64,000 nt of DNA from Octopus sinensis (lineage: Eukaryota). Each line of letters starts with the position of its first letter. Positions within the stretch are counted from its first letter, which is position 1. The position numbers were made by a program, and so were the translations under genes. Under the pieces are notes generated by a model. It had not been told where the DNA came from. It made no database searches and saw only the letters and a program-made list of their open reading frames with translations. Where the stretch lies: positions 52,824,001 to 52,888,000 of the forward strand of contig NC_043013.1 in assembly GCF_006345805.1 (NCBI RefSeq), read 5' to 3'. This document shows positions 10,462 to 24,201 of this stretch, in pieces.

Positions 10462-13077
10462 TGATTGATTGATGATTGATTTTAGTTTCAGCTCACGAGC
10501 TGTGGCCATGCTGGGGCACCGCCATTTGGTGTTGCTACATGGTTTTACTTCACGAATGCTTTTTAGCAACTGCCATTTGGTGCATGAGAGAGTTCGATGC
10601 AGCTGCCCTCATCTGCCCCTTCTGCCGTGAAGTTGGTTCATCTGGGATACCTGACAAGAAAAGATCCAGTTTCATTTTAAAGACATCTGCGTCCACCCCA
10701 TGCAGGTCTCTTAGGTTCTTCGGGAGGATATTGAAGAGCTGTGGGCCACGGAAGCCCAGGCTATCACAGTATCTTGTCCTACATCTTGATGGTAAATTTG
10801 GAGTCCTAGGCACCACGCAGTGGCGCCCAGTTCTGGCATTTGTGTAACTCTCGATGTCAAAGTTTGGGACAAGTCCTTCCAGGATCTTCCAGATGTATAT
10901 TATGGCATATCTTTCTCGCCTACGCTCCAAGGAATAGAGTTTTAATCTCTTGAGTCTTTCCCAGTAGTTTATATTCTGCACAGAGGCTATCTTCTTCGTG
11001 TAGCTACGTTGGATCGCCTCAAGTTCTGTGATCAACTTAACACTGGATGGTGACCATAGCTGAGAGCAATAGTCAAAGTGGCTTTAGGAACGTGTCCTCC
11101 AGAGGACCATCATGATTTCTTGTTCTCTTGTTCTAAAGGCTCTGAGAATCCATCGCCAGTTTGTCTACATTTCATTGTCAATTTAGCAACATGTACACGA
11201 AAGGTTGCGTCATCACTCATGTAAATACCCAGGTCACGCACTGATTGTGCCTCTGGGATTGCAATTCCTCCGGGTCCAGTGTATTCATTGGGTATTGCAT
11301 TTAGTTTTGCATGCTGATAGTATAAAGCTTGAAACTTTTCAGCATTGAACTGCATGCTATTCTTTTCAGCCCACTTGTATATTTTGTCCAGCTCACATTG
11401 CGGCGTTTAGTGTCCTCAGGGTTCTGTATTGCCTGTGAAACTTTTGTATCATCTGCATAACTGTGATCGTGGCTCTCTGCGTGGCTGAGTGCATGTCTGA
11501 GAGGGCCATTATGAACAGTAGTGGTCCCAGAACAGTGCCCTGCGGAACACCGCTCACTATTTGCGTGTTAATGGCTACTACCACCTGACTTCTATCTTTC
11601 AGAAAGTCATGAAGCCATTCTCCCAGCTTTCCAACTATGCTAACATCACGCTGTTTGTGACATATCATTCCATGATCGACTTTATCAGAGGCCTTTGCAA
11701 AGTCGAGATATATCACTTCCACATTTGAGTGGTTGAGCAGTCGTTTCAGCACCCAGTCATAGTGTTGTAGGAGCTGAGTTAAGCAGCTTCTTCCTGGTCG
11801 GAAACCATGTTGGGTGTCAGGCAGCAAGTCATTTTCTTCAAGGAAGGTGATCAGTTTCCTTCTGACTATTCGTTCCATGACCTTGCTAATGTGTGTGGTC
11901 AGAGAGATAGGTCTGTAGTTCTTGGCCTCCGCTCTGCTACCTTCTTTATGAATAGGGCATATTTTACCTTCCTTCAGTTTTCTTGGAAGTTTGCTAGCTG
12001 CAAGGAAGCTCTAAAAGAGGAACTGCAGTGGTCTTGCTAGGACTCTCTTACATACTTTTAGGAGTATTGCCGGGAATCCATCGGGGCCAGTAGCTGAGTC
12101 TGTTTTCATTTCATCTATAGCCTTTATTACATCGTCTTCCTTTATATCGATGTAATCTATCGTCACCGCCTCTGATTTTATATCTGCAGTGGTAAAGAAG
12201 TCAGTTGGATTGGTGATTTGGAAATGCCCAAGGGGTGGAGAGAAAACACTCTTGAATTGCTCATTCAGTATTTCACTTACTCTCATTGGTTTTCCTGTGA
12301 GTGTGCCATCCTTTTCAAGGAGTGGCCCCATCATACAGTGCACCGTAGCTGTTTCTTTGGCATACCTGTAGAAAGCTCTGGGGTTAGATTTTATGTTGTC
12401 TATAGCCCAGGCTTCTTTGTCTGCTCTTTCCTTTTCATGGGAGAGTTGCAGACATTTTTCAATTTCCAACAGTTTTATTTTTAGGCGGCACATTTCACTG
12501 CTTTCAAATTGTTTGTTTAGGCGATTTGAAATTTTTGTACGCCGTCTCATTAAAATTTTCCTCTCTCTGGGGATTTTGTTCTTGTGTACAGTGGCCTTTC
12601 TCTCTGGGACACATTTGTAGCATATGGCTTGCATTACAGACATGAATTGTTGAAGTTTCACGTCGATGTCTGGCGAGGAGAGACATTCAGGCCAGTTTTG
12701 TTTGAGGATCTCTTTCTCAATTTGTTTCCAGTTTGCCTTATGGAAGTTCAAGCTGGAAAGATTCTGAGGGTTTCTTGTAGGCTGCATGTCCATGCTTTCC
12801 TTTGGCCCGTACATGGTCAGCTCTATACCATGTTGTGATCCGAGAGTAGTGTCGGTGTCACTTTCACATTATGGATGAGATCCATATTATTTGTGAAGAA
12901 GAGAGATCCAGTGTGTTACCTGTCCTGGTTGGTTGGAGTATTACTTGCTCCATGTACAGGGTGTTGATGAGGTTCAGGAGGGACCTCGCCTGTCCTCGTT
13001 CACATCTTGTCAATCCTGGGAGAGAAAGGGCCTCGGGCCATCTGACATTGGGTAGATTGAAGTCTCCCATAAGAAGT
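10462..13077 (-). mobile_element. CR1/L2-type LINE ORF2 (APE C-terminus + RT), 5'-truncated, frameshifted
   Basis: LMGDFNLP, TRTGNTLDL, TGPDGFP, QHGFRPGRSC, YLDFAKASDKVDHG, GVPQGTVLGPLLF, a disrupted YADD region, MQFNAEKF and LYSLERRRERY. The 3' UTR ends GGCGGTGCCCCAGCATGGCCACAGCTCGTGAGCTGAAACT + (ATCA)n. Confidence 0.95.
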
Positions 13078-13118
<41 letters not shown>

Positions 13119-13159
13119 CATTTATATATACATATAGTATATATCTATATTCATTTATT

Positions 13160-13332
13160 TGTTTCAGTCAGTTGACTGTGGCCATGCTGGAGCACCGCCT
13201 TTAGTCGAAAAAGTCGACCCTAGGACTTATTCTTTGTAAGCCTAGTACTTATTCTATCGGTTTCTTTTGCCGAACCGCTAGGTTACGGGAACGTGAACAC
13301 CCTAACAAGTGATGGGGGTGGAGGAAACACAG
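13160..13332 (-). mobile_element. SINE family A, 3' half
   Basis: GGCCATGCTGGAGCACCGCC...TGCCGAACCGCTAGGTTACGGG matches 5262-5420. Confidence 0.75.
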
Positions 13333-13348
13333 ACACACAAACATATAC

Positions 13349-13381
<33 letters not shown>

Positions 13382-13421
13382 CATATGAATACATATATAT
13401 ATATATATTATATACATATAC

Positions 13422-13478
<57 letters not shown>

Positions 13479-13639
13479 GTTGTATACTCTCAATCTAACA
13501 AGAACGTGGACAGTAGGGGGTACACCACCGCTGTATAGCCCTAGGAAGCATCGAACGCCTCCTGATGGTCAAAGCATAGTCTTAGCTTTCGAAGGATGCC
13601 ACTCCGCTCTCTGGTCAAGCAGGCCAAGATAACCTCTGG

Positions 13640-13780
13640 TTGGTCGCAGGGTCACACATTTTCAGCTGAGTGAAATGAAGTGTTTTGCTTATGAATATAA
13701 TGCATAGCCGGACTGAGAATCGAACCTGTACGCTGCACAATCGTCAGAGGAACACTCATGATCACTCGGCCACGAGCCTT
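13640..13780 (-). mobile_element. tRNA-derived SINE head (family C)
   Basis: Minus strand GGCTCGTGGCCGAGTG...CAGGTTCGATTCTC (A/B boxes), then CACTCAGCTG. Related to 53838-53985. Confidence 0.6.
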
Positions 13781-14123
13781 CCCATTACGTTACTCACTTC
13801 TTCTCTCATAACGTTCTTCTTCACTCTCTCTATTTTTGATTGCCAACATCCGAAAGAGTTACATCTCACTCATTCTCATTCTCTCTATGCATTTCTCTTA
13901 TATTTACTCGCTCTCATACCATCTTTCTCTCATTATCTATCTCTCTATTTCTTTCTCTCTCTCTCTCACTCCCCCCTCTCTCTCTCTCTCTCTTCCTTTG
14001 CCTACTTTTGCCGCAGTTCAGGGACGTTAATGACTCTATGTAATGTATCATATTCATTATCCGGCCGACAGCCATCTTTGCACATTTTCCAACACGGCTT
14101 CTACGTACTCCTGTTCATAACGA

Positions 14124-14139
14124 TGCTGCTGCTGCTGCC

Positions 14140-14173
<34 letters not shown>

Positions 14174-14412
14174 GTGATGATGGTGGTGGTTGTGGTGGTG
14201 GTGATGATGATGATAATGATGGCGATGATTAATATTGTTAGTATCATCATCGTCATCCTCCTCCTTATCATCATCATTATCATCAGCATTGTCGTCGTCG
14301 TCGTTACATCGTCATCCTCGTCTTCATCATCACTGGGTACGATAATGACGATGATAACGCCGACAATTGTGATGATAGTAATATCAATTATAATGATGAA
14401 ATGATGATGATT
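14124..14412. repeat. compound trinucleotide microsatellite (GAT/GGT/ATC)
   Basis: Direct inspection; it produces the poly-Met/Ile ORF artefacts. Confidence 0.9.
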
Positions 14413-14529
14413 ATTGCCCACGATGCGAAACATATATATATATATTAAAATATATATATATGCATATATATAAATATACATATATGTATACATATATATA
14501 TATATATGTATATATCTATATATAAACAT

Positions 14530-14633
<104 letters not shown>

Positions 14634-14747
14634 ATATATATCTATATATTTAAAAGCGATTGTTCAGTGAACTGAATAGAAGATGCAATTTTTTCGCCGC
14701 AGGAAAGCCTCCCTCCATGCAGTAAATTACCCAAAACATAGATAGCC

Positions 14748-14798
<51 letters not shown>

Positions 14799-15429
14799 CT
14801 ATCTATCTATCTAGTTTTCACTCGTCAGTCCATACCATCCAATCCCCCCTACCCCTTATACATTTGAAATCAACTGATTCCGATGGAATTCACTTGATTC
14901 CACGGTATTTATCCATTTAACTAGACTTTACGGACATTAATTCATATATTTGGGGAATAAAAAAAATGACAATGGATGCTGGCTTCACATCAGAGTAATT
15001 CCGCTAAAACGATAGATGCACCCGCGATGCCCGTAGAGAGACTGTAAGATTAATTAGTGAGCCAATATTGGTGCACCGTTTTGTAGTAGTAGTAGTAGTA
15101 GTAGTAGGTAGTAGTAGTAGTGTTGTTGTAGTAGTAGTAGTAGTAGTAGTGGTAGTAGTAGAGGGGGTGGGCTAGTGGTGATGGTAGTAATAGCAGTAAT
15201 CATATGATTATGGATGATGTTGAAAGTACTTGTATGTGTGTGAGTGTAGTGTGAGTGTATGTGCGTGCGTGTGTGTAAGTGTGTATATATATAAGTATAT
15301 ACATGTAACATATATATATGTGTGTGTGTGTGTACAACTGTATATACTTGAATATATATGTATAAGTGTGTATGTGTGTTTATGAGGGTATGGATATATT
15401 TGCATACTCATATATATATATATATGTGT

Positions 15430-15461
<32 letters not shown>

Positions 15462-15631
15462 TATACATATACATACACATATGTATGCTTATATATGTAT
15501 GTATGTATATACAAGGAGATATATGTGTGTATGCCTATATATAAGCATGTGCGTGCGTGTCTATGCTCATATCCGTGTGTGCGCTCGTGTGTGTACTTTT
15601 TTGCGCGCTCGCGTATGGGTGTGTGTGTGTA

Positions 15632-15680
<49 letters not shown>

Positions 15681-15904
15681 ATGTGTTTGTGTGTGTTTGT
15701 GAATGTTTTATAAATGTGTGGATGTATGTAAAAGGCAGGTTTAAAAATTTTGATTCCAGAATGCCAGTTAATCAATAAAACCAGAAAACGATTTAGTTGC
15801 TGTCTTTTACGCACAATTACATAGAAATAAATTGTTAATTCTACGTTTAGCAGGGAATAGAGATGTCGCTTGAGTCGGTTGGAAGTTAATGCATTAGCTA
15901 GAGG

Positions 15905-15926
15905 TTGTCGATGGTAATGACGATGT

Positions 15927-15960
<34 letters not shown>

Positions 15961-16119
15961 AATGATGACGATGATGAGGACGATGATGAGGACGATGTTG
16001 ATGATGACGACGACGACAATGATGATGACGATGTTGTTGATGATTATAGTGGTGATTATAGTGGTGATGATGATGATGATGAAGATGATGATGAAGATGA
16101 TGATGAAGATGATGATGAA

Positions 16120-16167
<48 letters not shown>

Positions 16168-16264
16168 AATTATACTGATGACATTGATAATGATTTCATT
16201 ATTTATAACGTTGCTCTCAATAAGAATGCTCACACTATTAAGTGTAGCAAGAGCAGAAGCAGCT

Positions 16265-16324
<60 letters not shown>

Positions 16325-16378
16325 GTAGTAGTAGCTGTTGCTGTTGCTGTCGTTGTTGTTGTTGCTGTAGTGATGAGG
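15905..16378. repeat. compound trinucleotide microsatellite (GAT)n, (GTA)n, (GTT)n
   Basis: Direct inspection. Confidence 0.9.
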
Positions 16379-16897
16379 CGTGAATAAATAAGTATTTGGA
16401 TGCATGGAAGGAGTAACTGTCGCATGGCGATTTCATCCAGTGATTCGTTGAAGTGAATAAAATGCGGAGTTTCATTACATCGTAGATTAATTGATCTGTA
16501 GATAATGAAGGAAACGAAGAAGGTGATAATTACAATAAAATACAATAGATATGCAAATCCATGCATAAAATATCGACTGTTCAGTTGTATGTTATACAAA
16601 ACAATTGCAAATGAGAAAATTATTATTCACTCCGTGCACTAGTTTAATTATTATACGTATAAACTTAATGATCTTCCTAGCAATTCGAAGTTTCGGGCAT
16701 TGCGTACTTTGTGAGCCTATTGGAATGAGTGAGGAGAATTATGTCAATGGTAGAAGAAGGCCATTCAAGATAAACAGCGAATGACCTTGCAAGTGCTGAC
16801 GAATTAGAATCTAGGGCCCATCTCGCTCAAAATGTCTATGAATAATTTCGCTGATTATTATTATTGTTATTATTATTATTATTATTATTATTGACGT

Positions 16898-17052
16898 TGG
16901 CGAGATGGCGAATTCGTTAGCAGACCAGGCAAAAAGCATAGCGGTATGTTGTCCGTCATTACGCTCTCAGTTCAAATTCCACCGAGGTCGATTTTGCCTT
17001 TCACCATTTACAGGTTGATAAAATAAGTACCAGTTGCGTAATAGAGTCGATA
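16898..17052 (+). mobile_element. tRNA-derived SINE (family D)
   Basis: GGCGAGATGGC..CGTTAGCA head, GTTCAAATTCC B box, GAGGTCGATTTTGCCTTTCA..GATAAAATAAGTACCAG. Copies at 27489, 30202, 56838 and 57270. Confidence 0.75.
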
Positions 17053-17136
17053 TATTCGTACATGACAGAAAGGACTATTATTATTATTATCATCATCATC
17101 ATCTTCATCATTATTATTATTACTATTATTATTATT

Positions 17137-17687
17137 GAGTGAGAGAGCAGTGCATGCCATCAAAGTGACACTGGGGTAAAATATACGAAGCTCAATATAC
17201 CCATCATGACTACCCGTCTGATAAGGGTACACCAGGCACATGCATCACAACCAAATGGGTGTGACATGGTGATCTCATATCAAGATAAACAGCATATGAC
17301 CTTGCAGGTGGGGCCCAGTTAGAATTTTCTTCAGGTTGAGTAGCCCATCCCGCTCAAAAGATCTCTGAATAAGGATTGTTTAAGGATGTTGAAAGAACCA
17401 CCCATGTTTCCAGAGGTGAATTATTCAAACCCCAAAGAATCCCTCTCAACACATGGCTATAATGCTCCCCCACTACTTCTGCTCGTAATCAGAGATGCAC
17501 ATATCGTCAGCCACTAAGGGACATGCTCAACTGGTTAAGGTCAAACAACTGACAAGCAAATTTGTGGTATTGAGAAGAATATTTGCTGTAGCCCATCTTT
17601 TATACCAAGAGAAAACAATGTACATGATGACACTTCCAATCAGTTAAGATCAGAAGCCATGAGAGCCACTGCCTGGTACTGCATCAG
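17137..17687 (-). mobile_element. (AAT)n-associated non-coding retroposon, longest copy (~550 bp)
   Basis: Four copies share one end (CACTGCTCTCTCACTC + (AAT)n, decayed in the 51.1 kb copy) and have variable opposite ends. This copy is flanked by (ATT)n on both sides. Confidence 0.8.
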
Positions 17688-17693
17688 TATTAA

Positions 17694-17745
<52 letters not shown>

Positions 17746-17782
17746 GTTGTTGTTATTATTGTTATTATTATTGTTATTATTA

Positions 17783-17818
<36 letters not shown>

Positions 17819-18240
17819 GAGTGAGAGAGCAGTTATGCCATCAAAGTGACACGGGGTAAAATATACGAAGCCAATACCCATCATGACTACCCGTCTGATA
17901 AAGGTACACCAGGCACATGCATCACAACCATATGTGCGCGACATGGTGATCTATATCAAGATAAACAGCACATGACCTTGCAGGTGGGGCCCAGTTAGAA
18001 TTTTCTTCAGGTTGAGTAGCCCATCCCGCTCAAAATGTCCCTGATAAGGGTTGCTTTAGGATGTTGAAGAAACCCTATGTTCCAGAGGTGAATTATTCAA
18101 ACTCCAAAGAATCCCTCTCAACACATGGCCATGATGCTCCCCCACTACTTCTGCTCGTGATCAGAGATGCACGTATTGTCAGCCACTAAGGGACATGCTC
18201 AACTGGTTAAGGTCAAACAACTGACAAGCAAATCTGTGGT
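17819..18240 (-). mobile_element. (AAT)n-associated retroposon, second (5'-truncated) copy
   Basis: Highly similar to 17137-17570; embedded in (ATT)n on both sides. Confidence 0.8.
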
Positions 18241-18912
18241 TATTATTATTATTATTATTATTTAAAACAAATTTTTTTTAATACTTAGTAAATAACTGTA
18301 TGCGGAGGGCATGTATTTTCGGATGTCTTCATATGTTTCAAAGAAGAAAGAGATTATGGCCACTTGGATTGAGAAAAAAAAACAACACAAGATTGTCTCT
18401 CATGCCTCACCCCTTCTTTCTATCGTTTTCTCAGCCTTTTACTCCCTCTCTCTTCTTCTCTTTTTTTCTCTCTCATTCTGAGAAGTAAATAACAACTCTA
18501 AAATATCAAATTCCCAAATTCGTCTTCATCCTATAACATAGAAAATTCTTTAATTTCTCTATCACCGCTCATAAACATCATTTTACTCGGGCTCTATGTT
18601 ACGTAACATTCTACGACGTCAATACTTTTGCTCCGGCCGCTCACTGTTTCTGCCACCAACAACCAAAGCAACCACACAAACAACAACATCGAAAACCCTG
18701 ATGTTAAGTTTGGCGTTCATGTACGTTGTTACACACAAGATAATAATCAGTTTGATTTCATAGAAACACTTATTTGATTCTATATTAATCACCACGGGAA
18801 GTTAGATCTTATATAATCACAGCTCCACAGCACTTTCCTTCCCTTAAAATTCTCTATTATTTTCCCTTCGCATCTCATACGCTCTCTTATTTCACCCACT
18901 CACACACACACA

Positions 18913-18946
<34 letters not shown>

Positions 18947-20172
18947 GCTTTCTTTTCTTATCCTTTACATATAGAAACACAGAAAGCAACTCACAGGTCC
19001 ATGCATGCATTCCCAGAATCAAATGAATCAAGTGTGTGTGAGTTAGCTTTTTATGCTTTAATAAATATTACTGTGTAAAGCCACATGCCTGTGTATATGT
19101 ATATATATATATATACACATATATATATATATATATACGAGTAATATGCACACATATATATTTGTAATGTGTGTGTACATGTATACAATATACATATATA
19201 TGTACTTATATATATACATATATATATATACATATATGCGTACATATATATGTATACGTATATGTATATATGTATATATATGTATGTATATACATACATA
19301 TATATGTGTGTACATATATGTATATGTGTATATATATATTCATATACTTACATACATACATATATATATATATATATAGGTAGATAGATAGATAGATATA
19401 CATATATATATATATATATATAGATACATTCATGTCTGTGTGTCGGTCTCTTTTCGTGTGTGTTTGCGCCTCTTTGTCCGCGGTTCTTTTATATGAGTTT
19501 TATGTTTGCAGAGTTACGCTCTTTCCTCTTAATCGTCTCCCCTTTTCATATATGAGTTTAATTAAATAGCCCCGTATCAGATTACGCCATCTTTTCGCCA
19601 ATTATATTCAAAACCACGAAGAACAACATAGAAGACCGCAATGTAAAATCTGCGATAAAAATAATACAGAGAGCTCGCTCAATATACATTTGCAAATTAT
19701 ATACGCTTTTCTCTTCACCAAAAATAATAATTAGCTTGCCTGTTTCAGATAGGTATCTGTAGTAATTAGATGCGATATAAATTCCCATTTATATTTCTAC
19801 ACAATATCAACCAATCAGGAATTTTATGTTCTTAGCAAATTCTATTAATGATTCTATTAGAAGTGGTTTTACAAAGTTTTATTTGCGAAGATATATCGAT
19901 TAGTTAAAAATATTTATCAATATATATAGAGCCGGGAAACGTAAAATGGCTGAATATCGTCATTCCCTCGGAAGAGAAACTTTTGTAAAATATCCGAAAT
20001 TGTGCAATGTGCATCAACTGATAGACGTGAAATAATACACCACTCACACGCGGACACACAGACATACAATTACACAGAGGCACATATATACTAACATACA
20101 CACGCACAAACACACAAACACAAAAAAACCCACAAACGCACTATCTCACGCATTGATATTTATGCACATATC

Positions 20173-20207
<35 letters not shown>

Positions 20208-20281
20208 ATATGTATATATATACAAGCGCATACTACACAAGTAAAGGAATAAAATTACTACAAGTACACGTACATATGCGC

Positions 20282-20314
<33 letters not shown>

Positions 20315-20409
20315 TGTATGTATGTATATATATACACGCGCACACTCTGAAATGGATATATGGATATATTTATGCACACACACACACATACATGTATATA
20401 TATATATCA

Positions 20410-20645
20410 TTAAATACATATATTAATATAAATGCTTTGTGTATTTTCCGGTGGCTGCAATGGATCTCATTGGCGCTGGTGTTAAAGCACCTTATTCATG
20501 GACAGGCGAGATAACGGAGGACTGACCGTGAGTATATACGCCAGTACGCCATTGCTGTCACCGGAAAATACACAAAGTATATAACATATATATTAGTATA
20601 TATATTTAACAATATTTATTACAACAAGAGAGCTGCTTTTAATTC
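20410..20645. repeat. fold-back element with tail
   Basis: Arms CTTTGTGTATTTTCCGGTG..CAATGG..TGGCG (20435-20475) and their reverse complement (20539-20577). A short unique tail is followed by (TA)n. Confidence 0.7.
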
Positions 20646-21001
20646 ATATATATATTTGTTTCTCTGTCTGTCTAGCTATCTATCTATCTGTAGATAGACA
20701 GATAGATAGATAAAACATACCTGGCAAAAGATGCGTGGCTTTCCTTCATGTAATGATATAAATAAAATATAAATATATGCATTTATACATACATATATGT
20801 ACACACCTACATATATATGTATATATACATGCATATATGGGTACAGGAGATCAAGAAACGTTGAACACAATGAGAAACGAAAACATAGAAAACGAACCTT
20901 TGTTTCGAACAATCAAAAAAATAGAGAAACGGGATATGTAACATAAAGAATATCCCCCTTCATCAGTTGTCCCTGTTTCATCTACTCCGCTTTCTGCAAG
21001 T

Positions 21002-21372
21002 AAGGACAGTACGCGACTTCCTTGAAACAGTCCTTCCCTATTCTTCTCCTCTCCTCTTCACCGGTCCATTGTCTCTTTCTCTTCTTCCTTGACTCTCTCG
21101 TCGCTGACACGTAACGAAAAGGAATCTATCTTTCTGTTCATTTCCTTCCTAAAGACAAAACGTGCTTATACTCTCTCCTCTGATAAGCTCGTCCACCTAG
21201 CGTTCATAATAAGTTTTCTATCATCTTGGCTCAACAACCCTCACCATTTATTTTTACTGTTTGTTCTCACTGTCCTGTTCTTTTTACCACTTTCACTCTA
21301 CGCATAAATCCCAAATTTTATTTAATTTGCCCTGCGAGAGGGGCTGTTTCAGCGAAGTCGCGTATTGTCCTT
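21002..21372. repeat. imperfect inverted repeat pair (~35 bp arms)
   Basis: AAGGACAGTACGCGACTTCCTTGAAACAG (21002-) is the near reverse complement of CTGTTTCAGCGAAGTCGCGTATTGTCCTT (to 21372). Confidence 0.6.
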
Positions 21373-22175
21373 TCGAGAATTCTATTTTTGAATCATTTTG
21401 GAATCTTTTTTTTTCTAGTTAATTTTAGTTATTTTTTGTTTATTTTCAGATCATTAAAATGGAATAGAAAGATGAAGGCACCGAGTTTTATACAAATACC
21501 GAAACTAGAAGCATTGTACGAAAGTTAGCGTTCACCCCATCTCAATCAGAACAAGTTACTGCAATAGTTTGGGCTTCAAAGGTCCAAAAAAAACAAAAAA
21601 AAAACCTACACGATGTGGAGGTGTATGTCTTCAAGAAAGAATTGGGTAGCATTTTGAAACGCTTTCATACACCAACCGGGCCAACAGCTGAGGGAAAAAG
21701 TACATACACAAGGGGTGATGAAGAAATCAACCAAACAAGAATGATACATAAAAACACAAAATCACGGTGATGCTCCAGCATGACCGCGGCCGCATGGCTG
21801 AAACGAATTACAGGATAGAAGTATATAGAATACACATACATCTTTGGTAGTTTTGTGAATATACTTAAATTTTAAAACTTTGTATAATTGTATAATAAAT
21901 AATATGACCTTTGTATTAAACATGTTAATGACATTTCACTTGTCTCATAACCTACTTAGACAATACAGTAACATCACTAAAATACAGAAAACGATATCAC
22001 TTAGAATATAAAGCAATATTGTTGTGTTATATTCACTGGAATATTCTATCAATACCACGAAAATAAGTAACGCGGTCCAAAACTGGTTTATTTACAAGTT
22101 GGCGTGTTTCCTTTAACTAACAAACTTCTTGGTGCAACCATAATTTTCCACGGAATTACTGTATTTTGTAGACTA

Positions 22176-22332
22176 GTCATGGCTGTGTTGTGAGAAGTTC
22201 AATTCCCAGCTGCATGGTTCTGGGTTTGGGTCCATTACGGGGGACCTTGGGCAAGAGTCTTCTATTACAGCCTCAAGCTGATCAAAGACACGTGAGTAGA
22301 TTTGGTAGACGGAAACTGAAAGAAGCTCATTT

Positions 22333-22380
<48 letters not shown>

Positions 22381-22660
22381 CCTAATTATATACCTATCTA
22401 TATATCTACCTATCTATCTGTGCACATTGTGTGAACCTTTGTGTTTGTGCTTCTTCCCCCCACCATCACCACCACTGTCACTTGAAACCGGTGTTGTTTT
22501 CCTTACGTCTCTCTAACTTAGCGATTTAGCACAAACAGACCGATAGAATGAATACTAAGCTTTAAAGAAAAGGTAAGCACTGGAGGCGATTAATTCGACT
22601 GGAATTTCTTCAAGGTGGTGCCCCAGTATGACCGCACTCTCATGACTGATGGAAGTAAAA
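22176..22660 (+). mobile_element. SINE family A (full length, internal (TATC)n)
   Basis: Head, GATTTGGTAGACGGAAACTGAAAGAAGC, microsatellite, body and AGGTGGTGCCCCAGTATGACC tail. Confidence 0.75.
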
Positions 22661-22692
22661 TATGGAGATAAATACAAAACATCCTGTTAGTA

Positions 22693-23044
22693 TTAGAAAA
22701 TGACTAGTTTTGTAAATCTCACAACGAGAGATATTCAGCAACAGTAATTAAGGATTAAAGATTTTTTTGACAGCATAACATGGCAGTCCTGGATTAGGAC
22801 GAATGTTGCTGTAATTTAGCCCCAGGAGGCATCGTCTCCAGCTGGCTATACAACATGATCTGTGTCCTTATGTTTTCAAACAAGGGAATCTGAGTGTGGG
22901 TGCTAGATCCCATTGTTCGAAAATATAAGGACACAGATCGTGTCGTATAGCCAGCTGTAAACGATGCCTCTTGGGGTTAAATTACAGCAACATTCGTCCT
23001 AAACAAGGACTGCCATGTTATGCTGGCAAATAATCTTTAATCCT
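22693..23044. repeat. fold-back element: ~140-bp arms, 13-nt loop, ~58-bp tail
   Basis: 22751-22891 is the near reverse complement of 22905-23044. ATCCTGTTAGTA occurs at 22681-22692 and 23040-23051 (possible TSD). Confidence 0.85.
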
Positions 23045-23595
23045 GTTAGTAATACTTAACAAACACCTAACAAACTGCATTATATTATTGTTCCGTACAA
23101 TATCGGATGATTGATATATTTTTGAACCTAATATATATTCTTCGACTTTAATTAATTGCTGAATTAAGTCTAATTACGATGAATATAATTTGAGTAATAT
23201 TACAAAGTCAGAAAGAACTTTGGTATTATTCCGTAATTAAAATTCATATTTTAATTATAATCAAGTAGGATAAATATGAAAATGTAATAACGTAAATACT
23301 CCTTAGTTTCAAACTTTAATTAATTTAATTAACTAATTATTTATTGACGAAAAATTCTTTATTTCAAATGAAAATGTTTTATTTGCAAATGAAATATATA
23401 TAATACAATTACCGGCTAAATCAATTACAAGAGTATTTTGATGCCACCTTGTTTGGAAAACCAAAACGTTGAACTGCTAGTCAAGACTTTAAAACCAATG
23501 TATATATTTTGATATTTCCATATATTTTGGGTACTTTTTCTCGATATATTTGTCCCATGAATAAATTTGAACTGAAAGTGGTAAATTAAGAAAAA

Positions 23596-23670
23596 GACAA
23601 CCTGATGAGAGGCGAGGAACTCGAAACGTTTGTTTCAATCATTGGGTTTATATGGAAACCTGAAAAAATT
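23596..23670 (+). ncRNA. hammerhead-like motif with downstream tail
   Basis: CTGATGA-GAG-gcgaggaa-CTC-GAAACGT-t at 23602-23630; stem I is imperfect. The downstream tail recurs at 25898-25942. Confidence 0.55.
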
Positions 23671-23733
23671 CTGAATTTCAATACGCACTAAGTAATTAAC
23701 TCGACACAAACACAAACACACACACACACACAC

Positions 23734-23770
<37 letters not shown>

Positions 23771-24169
23771 ATACACACGCGTACACATATGCATACACAT
23801 AGACGCATACACACACACATACAGACATAACAATGTCCGTTTTTATTTCGAGTTGTAAGAAAAAAATTAGCATCAAGCTGAAGAATTTCGGTATAATACA
23901 TATTTTTCGGCAGACCACATATTAGCATTGCCGTCCCTTCTCGTCTAGTAAAAGTATACTCTATGTATTTATGTATGTATTTATGCATGTATGTATGTAT
24001 GTGTGTATGTATGTATGTATGTATGTACGTATGTATGTATATATATGTATGAATGCATGTATGTATATATATGTATCTGTGTGTGTGTGCTTGTTTGTGT
24101 ATATACATATGTGTTGGTATGTATATATGTATACACACACACACATATATATATTTATAATATATATAT

Positions 24170-24201
<32 letters not shown>

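Noticed and set aside
20925-21000. Minus-strand CTGATGAAGGGG hammerhead start
   Set aside because: No GAAA box follows the putative stem II; it cannot be folded convincingly.
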